Shown here one piece after another: positions 45,754-55,623 of a stretch of DNA of 64,000 nucleotides. The first letter of the stretch is position 1. The number at the start of each line of letters is the position of its first letter. The translations under genes were made by a program, and so were the position numbers. The stretch covers positions 4,768,001 through 4,832,000 of the forward strand of contig CAWIPH010000002.1 in assembly GCA_963837955.1 (NCBI GenBank), in the 5' to 3' direction. The notes under the pieces were generated by a model that was given only the letters and a program-made list of their open reading frames with translations, searched no databases and was not told the DNA's origin. The stretch is from an uncultured Verrucomicrobiae bacterium. Its GTDB lineage: Bacteria; Verrucomicrobiota; Verrucomicrobiia; Chthoniobacterales; JAFAMB01.

Positions 45754-46686
45754 CTATTTGCCTATCGGTGTTACTTCCAACTTAACTCCAAGCCGCTGTT
45801 GGAACTCTTGCGGATTAGTGAATACCGGGTCCTTGAGGCTGATAGGCTTGTCGGGATGAGATGAAAATTTGATGCGGCTGCGCTGCTTGAAGATTTGCGC
45901 CAGCGGCGCTCGGTAGGCAGACAAACTATCCGGCAGCCGGCTCGTTAGCTGCTGCTGTGCCGTAAGTCGAAATTGTTCTTTGGTCGACCCGGTAATTCTT
46001 GAACCCCAATCGACGATTCGATCGGTGAGCCCGAGATCTACTAACTCGCTATCGAGAGAAACGAAACTGGCGCCTGTCAGCAACTGGTCCAAGATTTGGG
46101 GCTTTACTCCAACCGACAGCCCGCTCCCCTGCGCGATATCCTTCCAGTTGTCGACGTTAACGTCGTTGTATTGCAGTTGAACATTTGCGTCGACGAGATC
46201 TTCGACATGGATCGCATAACGGCGGATCTTGAGGGTTCGGTCGCCTGAATTGATGGCCACGTTGCATTGCAGGGTTCCTTTCACCGTGTTTAAGCCAGTC
46301 ACCACCATGGCCAACTCCAATTGCGGATTGGTAACACAAGCAGGCGTCACCAAAAAATTGTCCACTGTAAAGTTCACTTCCATAGGCACGCCGTTCTCCT
46401 CACGAAATTGATCAATTCGGAGCTCGACGATTTTCACCGGCGACGCAGATTCGCTCAGCTTGATCTCTACGTCGTACAGTAAGGTTGCACCGGTAAGCAG
46501 ATTGTAGTTGGCGTCGCGGTACCTAACGTTTTTTTCCAGGTTCAAGGATTTAATCGTCTCGGTTATTTTGCCTTGCGCGTACTGGTTTACGAAGAATGCA
46601 CCGCCCCACCAAGCGACACCGACCAACGCGAGGATTACGATCAAGACAAAGATAAGGCGCCTGGGTAGGCGGGTCTCTGTAGCCAT
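45754..46686 (-). CDS. Hypothetical membrane-anchored protein
   Basis: N-terminal TM helix followed by a long beta-rich region. Confidence 0.7.
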   Translation of the reverse strand: MATETRLPRRLIFVLIVILALVGVAWWGGAFFVNQYAQGKITETIKSLNLEKNVRYRDANYNLLTGATLLYDVEIKLSESASPVKIVELRIDQFREENGVPMEVNFTVDNFLVTPACVTNPQLELAMVVTGLNTVKGTLQCNVAINSGDRTLKIRRYAIHVEDLVDANVQLQYNDVNVDNWKDIAQGSGLSVGVKPQILDQLLTGASFVSLDSELVDLGLTDRIVDWGSRITGSTKEQFRLTAQQQLTSRLPDSLSAYRAPLAQIFKQRSRIKFSSHPDKPISLKDPVFTNPQEFQQRLGVKLEVTPIGK

Positions 46687-46868
46687 AAGGAAACTCGGAC
46701 GGATCCTACCAATCCGCCCGTGGAAGGGAATTGAAATCGGCCGCACTTTCGCTCACGGGTGGCGTTCCAAAAGCCAGACCTTCGAAGCCAAAGGAAAATC
46801 GTGCCTTTCCCGATTCCCTCCCTGAAGGTAGTCTATGGCGACGGTTCGAACCTTAGGTGCCCGATTAT

Positions 46869-47501
46869 ATGCTCGCCCATTCTTCGTTTTGCGCGGCCAC
46901 CACGAACTTTCTTCCGGCATTTGATCAGTCGTGGCTGATTGCCTGCGTATTCACGGTAACTTATTTCGCGCCAGCTTTGGTCGCCTTTTTCAGACGCCAA
47001 CAAAACCGCTGGTTCATTTTGATATTGAACTTTTTGTTCGGTTGGACGCTGGTGGGCTGGATTATCTGCCTGGCCTGGGCGGCACGCGCACCGTCCGGCG
47101 AGCCGGTGGTTATGGTGCAACCCGTTCCCCAACTCCCATCCGGCTCGATCGCTTCTTTTCAGCCGGCGCCTGGCGCCACCTTTACTCAGCTCGACCCGGC
47201 TGTCGCAGAAAGTATGCATTTCCAGACCGACGAGTCGGAATTCTTCAACCGACGCCGTCACTCCATCAAACGCTTTCTTTTCCGGCTCGCGGCGGCCGGG
47301 ATCGCTTTAGCCGTTATCGCGGGAATCACAGCTTCGCAGTGGCAACCGAGGCCTTCCAGTCTGCCTCCATCCTCGTCTCCGAAAAACCGAATCCATCGTG
47401 TCCCGCAACTTCGGAACATTGATCCTTACATGCCTCCTAGTACCCCGCTGAAGCGACGTTATGCTCCGCCGGCTTTGGAATCGCACGAGGGGTACTACTG
47501 A
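46869..47501 (+). CDS. Superinfection immunity (T4 Imm-like) domain protein with C-terminal extension
   Basis: YFAPALVAFFRRQQNRWFILILNFLFGWTLVGWIICLAWA. Confidence 0.8.
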   Translation: MLAHSSFCAATTNFLPAFDQSWLIACVFTVTYFAPALVAFFRRQQNRWFILILNFLFGWTLVGWIICLAWAARAPSGEPVVMVQPVPQLPSGSIASFQPAPGATFTQLDPAVAESMHFQTDESEFFNRRRHSIKRFLFRLAAAGIALAVIAGITASQWQPRPSSLPPSSSPKNRIHRVPQLRNIDPYMPPSTPLKRRYAPPALESHEGYY

Positions 47502-47677
47502 GTGGGTTACAGGTTGCAGGTTGGAATTCGTTGGGAAGATCTCTCCCTCCCCCAGCAGCGCGCATCCCGACCCATTTGATCTCGGACCCCAGCCGCGAAG
47601 CCCTAGAATCATTTTCGGTTGCAAAAATTTCCGGCAAAGCTATCTAATCCGTCCACCTTTTACCGGAGGGAGACGCT

Positions 47678-48040
47678 ATGCACATCATTGAAAAGATCGA
47701 GAAAGAGCAGTTTAAGAGTGACATCACCCCGTTTCGGGTCGGCGACACGGTAAAGGTGCATACGCGAGTCGTCGAAGGGGACAAGGAACGAATTCAGCTT
47801 TTTAGCGGGATTGTTATCGCCCGTCGCGGTATTGGGCTAAACGCCTGCTTCACCGTTCGCCGAATCTCCTACGGAGAAGGCGTGGAACGCGTGTTTCCGC
47901 TGCATTCACCGCGTATAGCGAAGATTGAAGTTGAGCGCGCGGGTAGCGTTCGCCGAGCAAAACTGAATTACCTGAAGAATCGAAAAGGTAAGCAGGCCGT
48001 CTCGGTGAAAGATAAGAATCAGAAGGAACAGGCAAACTGA
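47678..48040 (+). CDS. rplS: 50S ribosomal protein L19
   Basis: [10 protein letters not shown]...EGDKERIQ...[17 protein letters not shown]...VRRAKLNYL. Confidence 0.98.
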   Translation: MHIIEKIEKEQFKSDITPFRVGDTVKVHTRVVEGDKERIQLFSGIVIARRGIGLNACFTVRRISYGEGVERVFPLHSPRIAKIEVERAGSVRRAKLNYLKNRKGKQAVSVKDKNQKEQAN

Positions 48041-48105
48041 ATCCAGAATCTGAAATCTGGAAGGGCGCCGATCGGTAACGGTCCCGCGGCCGCCGCGAGA
48101 CCCAA

Positions 48106-48297
48106 CGCGGGGAGGGATCGCGTCCCCGCGATCCGTTGTGGCCGGACCCAAGCGCGTTTGTATACCAAGGGTCAAATTGCGTCCCCGAGGTTAGAGATCG
48201 TTTTCGCGGCGCGCGGGGACGCGCGCCCTCCCGGCGATGGAGCAGGCAAACCATTCTTATGTTGACGCGACGCGGCCGCGGGATCCTCGGTCGCCAC
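48106..48297. repeat. REP doublet (REPIN-like) element
   Basis: GGGAGGGATCGCGTCCCCGCGATCC in 48106-48134 and inverted GGCGCGCGGGGACGCGCGCCCTCCC at 48208-48232; motifs shared with 19562-19894. Confidence 0.7.
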
Positions 48298-48323
48298 AGA
48301 TGCAGCATTAAAATCCCTGCCTC

Positions 48324-49097
48324 TTAGTAGAATCCGCCCCTAGATCGAATCGTCTGCCCAGTGATCCAATCGGCCTCTGGACTGGCTAAAAAAGCCACGA
48401 GTCGCGCGGCGTCTTTCGGCTCGCCGAGCCGCCCCAGAGAATATCGCGGAAGCAGCGCCTGTTGCTCTTCTGGAGTCATCCAGCCAGTGTCGGTTGGACC
48501 CGGATCTACCGCATTTACCGTGATGCCGTATTTCCCAACCTCGCTCGCAAAAGTGATGGTAAAAGCATCCAAAGCAGCCTTCGTTACGGCGTAAGCAACC
48601 TCACCGGGCATCGGACCTAGCATCTGACCGGAAGTCATAGAGATGATCCGACGAGCACCCTTTTCGGCGAAGCGCCGGACGAATTCAATACTCAGCAAGA
48701 TCGGAGCACGGGCATTGACCGCGTAATGCAGATCCAACGACGCTGCGTCTAGAGTTGCGATGGAATCACGAGATGAAACACACGCATTATTGATCAATAG
48801 ATGAGCCCGATCGAAGCGGCCCGAAACCGCTTCCCACAATGCGGCCGGCGACTCCGAAAGACTCAAATCGAAAGGCAACCATTCCAGTTCAGATCCGGAA
48901 CCTCGCAATTCGCTTAAGAATCGATCCAATCCGGAATCGCCACTCTCGAGAGACTCACCTTGATCATAGGCTGGCCACCCAGTAAGAAACAGATTCGCTC
49001 CCAACGCTGCCAGTTCCCTGCAGATGGCCGCGCCGATCCCCTGCGGGCGGCTAACACCGGTAACGATTGCTACCTGCCCGTGCAAGACTTTCTCCAT
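48324..49097 (-). CDS. SDR family oxidoreductase
   Basis: VTGVSRPQGIG, LINNA, YAVTK, VDPGPTDTGW. Confidence 0.92.
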   Translation of the reverse strand: MEKVLHGQVAIVTGVSRPQGIGAAICRELAALGANLFLTGWPAYDQGESLESGDSGLDRFLSELRGSGSELEWLPFDLSLSESPAALWEAVSGRFDRAHLLINNACVSSRDSIATLDAASLDLHYAVNARAPILLSIEFVRRFAEKGARRIISMTSGQMLGPMPGEVAYAVTKAALDAFTITFASEVGKYGITVNAVDPGPTDTGWMTPEEQQALLPRYSLGRLGEPKDAARLVAFLASPEADWITGQTIRSRGGFY

Positions 49098-49120
49098 ACC
49101 GGCGCAGCGCTCCAGCTCCT

Positions 49121-49984
49121 TTAGAACCGCATTATGGCCTCGACCAACGGAGTCACGTATCCGCCCACTTCGATTCCGTCGTCGTTGATCTGCACATGCA
49201 GAATGCTGCGCCGGCCCATCTTTGTGCCCTGTTCACTCACCAACCGCGTTCCCGATTCGCGAGACGCTAACCCGTGCTTCATTAGATAAACAGCCAATGG
49301 ACCTGTCGCACTACCGGTGGCTGGATCCTCAATGACGCCATGTTCCGGCGCGAACATCCGCGAGTAGGCGCCTTCAGGTGTTGGAGCAAATACGAAAACA
49401 CAAAGCAGCTCGGTCGATTCGGCCTTGAGTGGCTCTAACGAACGAAGCCAAGCACGATCGACCGTCGCAACATCTTTGACGGCGATATAGAGGTGCGGGT
49501 TCCCGGCGCTCAAGATCTGCGGCGGGATGTCCAAGAGATCGCTTCGAGTTAAACCCAGCGACTGCGCACAAATGTTGGGATCAACCGTTCTTCCCTCCAC
49601 GACCGGTGGAGTTTGCATCCAGATCAAAGGTCTTTCTCCTGGTTCTACCCGGATTGGAATCGGTCCGATCAATTCTTCCAAACAGAACCGGTCTAGCCGA
49701 GCAATTCCTTCATCAAGCAGGATGTAGCTGGTGCCAATCGTCGGATGGCCGGCAAAGGGCATCTCACGGGCTGGCGTAAAAATCCGAAGGCGGGCCACAC
49801 AATCGGAACGGGTCGATGGTAAAACGAACACCGTTTCCGAAAGGTTCAACTCTTTAGCGATGCGTTGCATGGTCGCCTCATCGAGGCCGCGCGCATCCGA
49901 AAAAACAGCGAGAGGATTACCCTCAAGCGGGTTCTCGGTAAATACATCGACCACCCGATAGCGATAGGTTTTCGCTGACTGCAT
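49121..49984 (-). CDS. PhzF family protein
   Basis: VDVF...GNPL, LNLSETVF, EMPFAGHPTIG, EDPATGSA. Confidence 0.93.
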   Translation of the reverse strand: MQSAKTYRYRVVDVFTENPLEGNPLAVFSDARGLDEATMQRIAKELNLSETVFVLPSTRSDCVARLRIFTPAREMPFAGHPTIGTSYILLDEGIARLDRFCLEELIGPIPIRVEPGERPLIWMQTPPVVEGRTVDPNICAQSLGLTRSDLLDIPPQILSAGNPHLYIAVKDVATVDRAWLRSLEPLKAESTELLCVFVFAPTPEGAYSRMFAPEHGVIEDPATGSATGPLAVYLMKHGLASRESGTRLVSEQGTKMGRRSILHVQINDDGIEVGGYVTPLVEAIMRF

Positions 49985-49998
49985 GGCTTATCCCTAGC

Positions 49999-50538
49999 TC
50001 AGAATTGGGCGTCGTCGCTAATATTTTCCTGCGCGTCGCGATCTGCGTCGGTAAGTGGGCGCTGCAGAAAAACGAGATCGAGCCAACGACCAAACTTGCG
50101 TCCGACTTCCCGCAAATGCGCCACCGGTTCAAAGCCGAGTTTCCGATGGAGATGGATCGAGGCTGCATTGTCGGCATCGATGCCTCCGATCATGACATGC
50201 TTACCCAAAGCCACTGCGCGCGGAAAGAGGGCTTTGATCAACGCAGTTCCAACACCACGGTTTCGAGCGTCGACCCGTACATGTACGGAATGCTCTATGG
50301 TGAAGCGATAGCAGGGCCAAGGGCGAAAATCCCCGAAAGATGCGAACCCGAGCACTTTGTTGTCATCTAGCGCAACCAGAACAGGGTAACGCAAGGCGGT
50401 CCGGATTTGCCACCATTCAAGACGACTTTCGAGAGTAACCGGCTCTTCGCTGTAGACCGCGGTGGTAGTGGCGATCACATCATTATAGATCTCGAGGATG
50501 CCGGATAGATGCCGCTCCTCCGCATCGGCAATGAACAT
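49999..50538 (-). CDS. GNAT acetyltransferase (phosphinothricin/YncA-like)
   Basis: GFASFGDFR...YRFTIEHSV...ASIHLHRKLGF...VGRKFGRWLD. Confidence 0.92.
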   Translation of the reverse strand: MFIADAEERHLSGILEIYNDVIATTTAVYSEEPVTLESRLEWWQIRTALRYPVLVALDDNKVLGFASFGDFRPWPCYRFTIEHSVHVRVDARNRGVGTALIKALFPRAVALGKHVMIGGIDADNAASIHLHRKLGFEPVAHLREVGRKFGRWLDLVFLQRPLTDADRDAQENISDDAQF

Positions 50539-50694
50539 TCGGCGAAGTTAGTGAAAGGAGAATCTAGAATCCAGAAATTAGAGTCAAGAAGGGCCAGCGA
50601 CCTTTTACCTGGGGCGTGATTTAGGAACGCCGCAGTTGCTACATACCATCCTCCGGTCTTCTATCTCTGGTATTCTGTTTCCGCTTGCTCTCCT

Positions 50695-50719
50695 GCTTAC
50701 TTTGTGACACAAAGTAAGC
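50695..50719. promoter_or_regulatory. Palindromic operator
   Basis: GCTTACTTTGTG-A-CACAAAGTAAGC, perfect 12-bp arms, 5 nt before ATG 50725. Confidence 0.75.
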
Positions 50720-50724
50720 CAGCC

Positions 50725-51369
50725 ATGGACTCACAATCAGCTGAGGATCATCTGCGTATCATTCGCGAATTGATGGAACGCGCCACCATCTACCGAACGA
50801 TCTCGGTTCCAGCAGCCCTCTTTTGCGGTTTCCTGGCGCTCGTTGTAGCCCTGTTCGCCCTGGTGCCTGGGCCACTCCGACCGGTTTTTTGGCATTATTT
50901 TGTTCCAGTCTGGATCGTCGTCTTCCTGCTCAGCGCTACGGCCAATACGCTGTTTCTGCTGCGCTCGGCCAGAGAGAGAAAAGAGCCATTTCCTTCTCGT
51001 CGATTCCTAACCGCGCTGCTGGCGATTTGCCCAGCGTTCTTGGTTGCGGCCGCGTTGACGATCTTACTCGCCCCCCACCGGGGCGCCGAACTTCTTATCG
51101 CAATCTGTTGGATCGCGATGTACGGCATAGCCCTTTTGTCGACGTCGACCTTCGCCCCCCGATCGATCGCGATACTCGGTTGGGCGTTTGTGGTAACCAG
51201 TTGCCTCTGCTTTGGATTGCTAACGCAGGACTACATCTTCTTTAAAGGTGGCCGGCACTTGGCCTTGGAAGAGTTAGGTTACTTCGCGATGGCCGCGACC
51301 TTTGGGCTCTACCATATCATCTACGGACTTGCGGTGATGTTCTATGGCCGCCACCACGGGAATGGTTGA
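50725..51369 (+). CDS. Membrane protein associated with the winged-helix regulator
   Basis: AEDHLRIIRELMERATIYR...; 6-7 TM segments; FGLYHIIYG. Confidence 0.8.
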   Translation: MDSQSAEDHLRIIRELMERATIYRTISVPAALFCGFLALVVALFALVPGPLRPVFWHYFVPVWIVVFLLSATANTLFLLRSARERKEPFPSRRFLTALLAICPAFLVAAALTILLAPHRGAELLIAICWIAMYGIALLSTSTFAPRSIAILGWAFVVTSCLCFGLLTQDYIFFKGGRHLALEELGYFAMAATFGLYHIIYGLAVMFYGRHHGNG

Positions 51370-51658
51370 TTTCAATAAACTTGACCGAACAATTCACGAG
51401 AAAGGACGGCTGGCGATTATGACATTGTTAGCGACTCGGCCACGCTGGGCATTTCCGGAATTGAAAAGCGAACTGCAGATGAGTGACGGCAACCTGGTCA
51501 CCCATTTGCGGACATTGCATCAGGCCGGCTACGTCGCGGTGACGAAAGAAGTGCTGGATCGGCCGCAGACCAGCTATGCAATGACGGACCGGGGACGCTC
51601 CGCGTTCAAAAGTTATATCGAGACCTTGGAGGAAATCGTGAAACTCGGACGCCTCTAA
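51362..51658 (+). CDS. Winged-helix transcriptional regulator (HTH_34/MarR-like)
   Basis: LDRTIHEKGRLAIM...MSDGNLVTHLRTL...GRSAFKSYIETLE. Confidence 0.88.
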   Translation: MVDFNKLDRTIHEKGRLAIMTLLATRPRWAFPELKSELQMSDGNLVTHLRTLHQAGYVAVTKEVLDRPQTSYAMTDRGRSAFKSYIETLEEIVKLGRL

Positions 51659-51671
51659 AAAAATTTATCCA

Positions 51672-51693
51672 CTTACTTTGTCATACAAAGCAA
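51672..51693. promoter_or_regulatory. Second operator copy upstream of ispH
   Basis: CTTACTTTGT-CAT-ACAAAGCAA, same core as 50695-50719. Confidence 0.65.
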
Positions 51694-51738
51694 ATGCACG
51701 CTATCTAGTCACACTGTTTCAAAAATCTAACCAAGCTC

Positions 51739-52572
51739 ATGAAAGTCATTCTAGCCAAGCATTACGGCGTCTGTTTCGGAGTACGCGACGCTCTCAAACA
51801 GGCGGAAGAATCCGCCCAACGCGGTCAACTAACTATTCTGGGTGAGATCGTTCACAACCCGATCGCCAAAGAACGGCTCGTCTCCCTCGGCGCGATCGAA
51901 TCTTCACTCGACGCTTCTGGCGCCAAAACGCGGCAGGTAATGATTACGGCACACGGAGCTTCAGATCGGGCGATCGCTGCTTGGCAGGAGCGCGGGTACG
52001 AGATCGTCAATGGCACCTGTCCACTCGTGCAGCACGCTCACCACGCCTTGCGGGAACTGGTGCAACAAGGCGATCACCCCACGGTGATCGGTAAGCGGGA
52101 CCACGTGGAAGTTCGAGGTTTGATCGGTGACTTTCCCGACGCGAGCGTAATTGAAACAACCGAAGATATCGAGTCGCTTCCCGCTGTTTCCGCTTTCGGC
52201 GTCGTTGCCCAAACAACCCAGCCGATTGATCGAGTTCACTGGTTTGTTGAGGAACTGAAGGCCCAGCGACCCGACGCAGTGGTACATTTCCGCGACACCG
52301 TTTGTCAGCCAACCAAGAACCGGCAGACGGCGTTACGCGACCTCCTTTCCGAAGTCGACGCCGTGGTTGTCGTTGGCGGAAAAAACAGCAACAACACCCT
52401 GCAGCTGTTGAGCACCTGCCGGAAAACGGGCACACCGAGCTTTCACATCGAACGGGTCGAAGAGCTGATCCCGAGTTGGTTTAAGGGCTTTGAAACGGTC
52501 GGAGTTACGGCGGGAACCTCGACCTTACGGGAGACGGTCGAAGCGGTGCGGGCCTGGCTACAAGGGCTTTAA
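51739..52572 (+). CDS. ispH: 4-hydroxy-3-methylbut-2-enyl diphosphate reductase
   Basis: GVCFGV, IVHN, AHG, TCPLV, HVEV, QTT, TVCQPT, SNNT, TAGTST. Confidence 0.93.
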   Translation: MKVILAKHYGVCFGVRDALKQAEESAQRGQLTILGEIVHNPIAKERLVSLGAIESSLDASGAKTRQVMITAHGASDRAIAAWQERGYEIVNGTCPLVQHAHHALRELVQQGDHPTVIGKRDHVEVRGLIGDFPDASVIETTEDIESLPAVSAFGVVAQTTQPIDRVHWFVEELKAQRPDAVVHFRDTVCQPTKNRQTALRDLLSEVDAVVVVGGKNSNNTLQLLSTCRKTGTPSFHIERVEELIPSWFKGFETVGVTAGTSTLRETVEAVRAWLQGL

Positions 52573-52619
52573 CGCAGGAACAAATCGCTGATAGCAAATC
52601 GCCGATCTCCAATTTGGCT

Positions 52620-54119
52620 ATGAACTCGACTTCCCAGTTCAGTCGCGCCAAGCTGCTGCCAGCGCTAATGAAGCGCTTGTTATTCGTCGCCGTTCTCACG
52701 GCCGCCGCGAACCATTTTTTGTGGCTGCATCGGATCGGAATCAATCTGCCCGTGTATGCGGGGATCGTCGCCCTGGGGATGATCGCCAGTGCGCGCGGCG
52801 TGGTGGGTCTGCGTTCGTTCTGGGTGTTAGTAGTATTATTGGCCAGCTCTATTCTGGCCGGTGCGAATGCAGCCTCGTTCTCGAACTTTTTCTGCTTGGC
52901 GACGATCCTCACGTTGTTAGCCGGTATCTGCTTCTATCGGAGAAGAACGCCTTGGCGACGGTTCTTTCGAGCTGTCCTAAGTCTGTGGGGAGCGCCGTTC
53001 CGCTGGGGAACCGCCGCCGTTGTCGCTAATCGGCTCCATCGTCGCGGGAAACAACGAAAGCCGAATTGGTTGTTCGTTCCGCAAATTTTGTTCGTCGGCT
53101 TCGCCACAGCCATACCGGTACTTCTGGTCGGGAATTTCGTGATCTCAGGCAACCTGATCCTCGGCCAATGGTTCAGTTCGATCGTCGACAGGTTGCTTCA
53201 TTTGTTGCCGAAAATCTCGTTCGTACACGTCACATTTCTGATTGTGTTTGCGACGATGGCTTTGGGCTTTGTCTGGCCGGGCCGGCGGCGATGGCGGTTG
53301 CCCTCTTTCCGATGGACGATGCCAAGCTCCCCAGCTGCCGCACCGATTCGAATCTGGGGTGCGCGACTTACGCTGTGGCTGCTAAATTTACTTTTTCTAT
53401 CGGCCAATACGATCGATGCACTGTTTCTCTGGTTGCGCACCCGTCCACCGGTTGGAGTGACCTATAGCGAGTTCGTCCATCATGGGACCAATAGCCTAAT
53501 TTTCGCGACCATCTGTTCGGCCGTCGTTATCATCCTGATTCTCGAGCGTTTTCCGGTGAGCAACGCGCGAGATCTCCGATGGGCAGCTGTGATCTGGATC
53601 GCGCAGAACATCCTCCTGATTTTCGGCGTTTTCCGACGACTGAAGCTTTATGTCGACGTCTATAACCTGACGATCCTGAGGGTGGACGTCGCGCTGTTCC
53701 TGCTCCTGGTTCTGACCGGGTTCCTCCTACTTGGCATTTACGTCGTCCAGCAGCGTCGATTCGGATGGCTCTGCAGTTCGGGCAGCCTAACGGTATGTAC
53801 CCTGTTCTATCTGTTGCAATTCTGTGATCTGGGCGGGTTTGTCGCATCCTACAACGTGGATCGCTGGCTACAACCGACCGCTAAGACGCAGGTCGACCTC
53901 TGCTATCTCAGCAACTTAGGCCCCGGCGCTTGGAGATCACTAGAGCGCTTGGCAGACAGCAACAGTCCGGGATCGGAATCGGCTCGGGTGGCGCTTACCA
54001 GGATTCGGTCCAAGGTTTGGCAAGGATCATTAAAGAAAAAGCCTTGGCAAACATTTCAGTGGCGCCGGTACCTGTGCGAACAGCAACTGATCCATTGGCA
54101 AGCGCGAGCGACAGAATAG
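52620..54119 (+). CDS. DUF4153/DUF4173-type polytopic membrane protein
   Basis: TYSEFVHHG...RLKLYVDVYNLTILR...SYNV...DLCYL. Confidence 0.8.
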   Translation: MNSTSQFSRAKLLPALMKRLLFVAVLTAAANHFLWLHRIGINLPVYAGIVALGMIASARGVVGLRSFWVLVVLLASSILAGANAASFSNFFCLATILTLLAGICFYRRRTPWRRFFRAVLSLWGAPFRWGTAAVVANRLHRRGKQRKPNWLFVPQILFVGFATAIPVLLVGNFVISGNLILGQWFSSIVDRLLHLLPKISFVHVTFLIVFATMALGFVWPGRRRWRLPSFRWTMPSSPAAAPIRIWGARLTLWLLNLLFLSANTIDALFLWLRTRPPVGVTYSEFVHHGTNSLIFATICSAVVIILILERFPVSNARDLRWAAVIWIAQNILLIFGVFRRLKLYVDVYNLTILRVDVALFLLLVLTGFLLLGIYVVQQRRFGWLCSSGSLTVCTLFYLLQFCDLGGFVASYNVDRWLQPTAKTQVDLCYLSNLGPGAWRSLERLADSNSPGSESARVALTRIRSKVWQGSLKKKPWQTFQWRRYLCEQQLIHWQARATE

Positions 54120-54186
54120 ATTCCCGACGCTGGACGAACGCCCATGCCTGGAAGATTCATCAACCGCGAGTGGACACATACGAACA

Positions 54187-54816
54187 ATGGCCAAGTTAGT
54201 CTTATTTGACGTAGGGGGTGTGCTGATTGATCTGCAATCGGAACAGGCCCGCCAATCGCTGGAATCTGAATATGGGATGGCGAGCACAACCTATGAAATG
54301 CTCGCTAGATCTACCTACGAAAAGGAGCCCTATTCGATCACGGAAGCTGCGATGATCGGCGCAGCCGGATCGGATGAGTATCTTGCCGCATTTCGAGAGG
54401 CTTGTGGCCGCCTGGTACCGATCTCGGCGATGAAGCAGAATCGCGAAAGCATCATAGGTCGTGAGCGATCACAAATGATGGACCTGATATCTCGCCTGAG
54501 AGGAACGGTGAGAGTAGCGGCGTTTACCAATACAATCGAACTGCACTGGAAAATGCTGCAAAACCCTGATCGTTTTTCTTTTCCGGCTCTCGTCGAACAG
54601 ACGATTGCATCTCACCTATTCGGCTTCGCCAAGCCGATGAAGATTGCGTACCAAGAGGTCGCACGGAGATTGGAAGTGGATCCTTCAGATATGCTATTCA
54701 TCGATGATTCAAAAAAGAATGTTTCAGCGGCCGTTGAATGCGGAATGCGCGGCATAGTTTTTACGACTCACCATGATCTAGCTGAGACGCTCCGAGCCGA
54801 AAAGTTGCTACACTGA
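54187..54816 (+). CDS. HAD family hydrolase
   Basis: LFDVGGVL, FTNT, AKP, FIDD. Confidence 0.9.
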   Translation: MAKLVLFDVGGVLIDLQSEQARQSLESEYGMASTTYEMLARSTYEKEPYSITEAAMIGAAGSDEYLAAFREACGRLVPISAMKQNRESIIGRERSQMMDLISRLRGTVRVAAFTNTIELHWKMLQNPDRFSFPALVEQTIASHLFGFAKPMKIAYQEVARRLEVDPSDMLFIDDSKKNVSAAVECGMRGIVFTTHHDLAETLRAEKLLH

Positions 54817-54988
54817 GCGATCGAATTTCCCGCCCTCCGGGTGAGGTTTTCGTGCGCCGGCCGCTCCTGTGGCGTCACTATCCCGCTTCGGCAAACCACT
54901 TCGCCACGACGTCAAACATATCTCTCCTTTGCCCGAACCCACAGGGCGAGCCGGCAAAGACATGAATCACAACCTGGTAACCCGCAAC

Positions 54989-55285
54989 TTAACGAAGCAG
55001 GTCACGAACTTGTTGGGCAAAGATCTCGTAAACAATATTGCGAGGTGCTGCGTACACGCAGCGGATGATCCGCTGCTTACCTCGAACGTGATAAAGGAAA
55101 ATAATCCGGTATCTTTGGACCCGCAGCCGGCAAAATCCCTCGAGTTCTCCTTCGAGTTCTCGGATATCTCCTTCCTCTCTTTCTAGATTTCGAACGGCGT
55201 GCCGTAAAGCTTGCCGCGGCTGTGGCGCGAGGGACCGAATAAGATCGACCACCTGCTGTTCCAGCTCAACCTTGATCCGGCTCAT
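54989..55285 (-). CDS. RelE/ParE-like toxin
   Basis: ELEGFCRLRVQRYRIIF...RNIVYE; overlaps the antitoxin gene. Confidence 0.8.
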   Translation of the reverse strand: MSRIKVELEQQVVDLIRSLAPQPRQALRHAVRNLEREEGDIRELEGELEGFCRLRVQRYRIIFLYHVRGKQRIIRCVYAAPRNIVYEIFAQQVRDLLR

Positions 55286-55523
55286 CCAAAACTGTCACAG
55301 GATAGTATTTTCCCTTGCCCTCGCGGGCGCGGCGAAGGGCTCTCATGGCCTTCGGATCAGCCATGATTTCGAGTGTTTCCGCGATCGCTTCCATCCGTTC
55401 GGCGGAAATGAGATAAGCAACCGTTTTGTCTCGCCTAGCAATTGCGATCAGATCCTGTTCCGCTCGCTTGAGGAGAGCGGGCAACTGGGCTTGAGCCTCT
55501 GAGACAGAATACGTAGATCGCAC
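55266..55523 (-). CDS. Phd/YefM family antitoxin
   Basis: YSVSEAQAQLPALLK...IARRDKTVAYLIS...ETLEIMADP. Confidence 0.88.
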   Translation of the reverse strand: MRSTYSVSEAQAQLPALLKRAEQDLIAIARRDKTVAYLISAERMEAIAETLEIMADPKAMRALRRAREGKGKYYPVTVLDEPDQG

Positions 55524-55529
55524 AGGAAA

Positions 55530-55557
55530 ACTATATAGAATAAGGGGGTAGCGTCAA
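55530..55557 (-). promoter_or_regulatory. Promoter of the phd-relE pair (near-leaderless)
   Basis: TTGACG-N16-TATAGT, 6 nt before the GTG start. Confidence 0.55.
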
Positions 55558-55623
55558 CGACACGGAGATCCCGGCCCTCATAAAAGCATAAATGCTATAT
55601 CGGGCGAGCCATGACTCTTCCAT

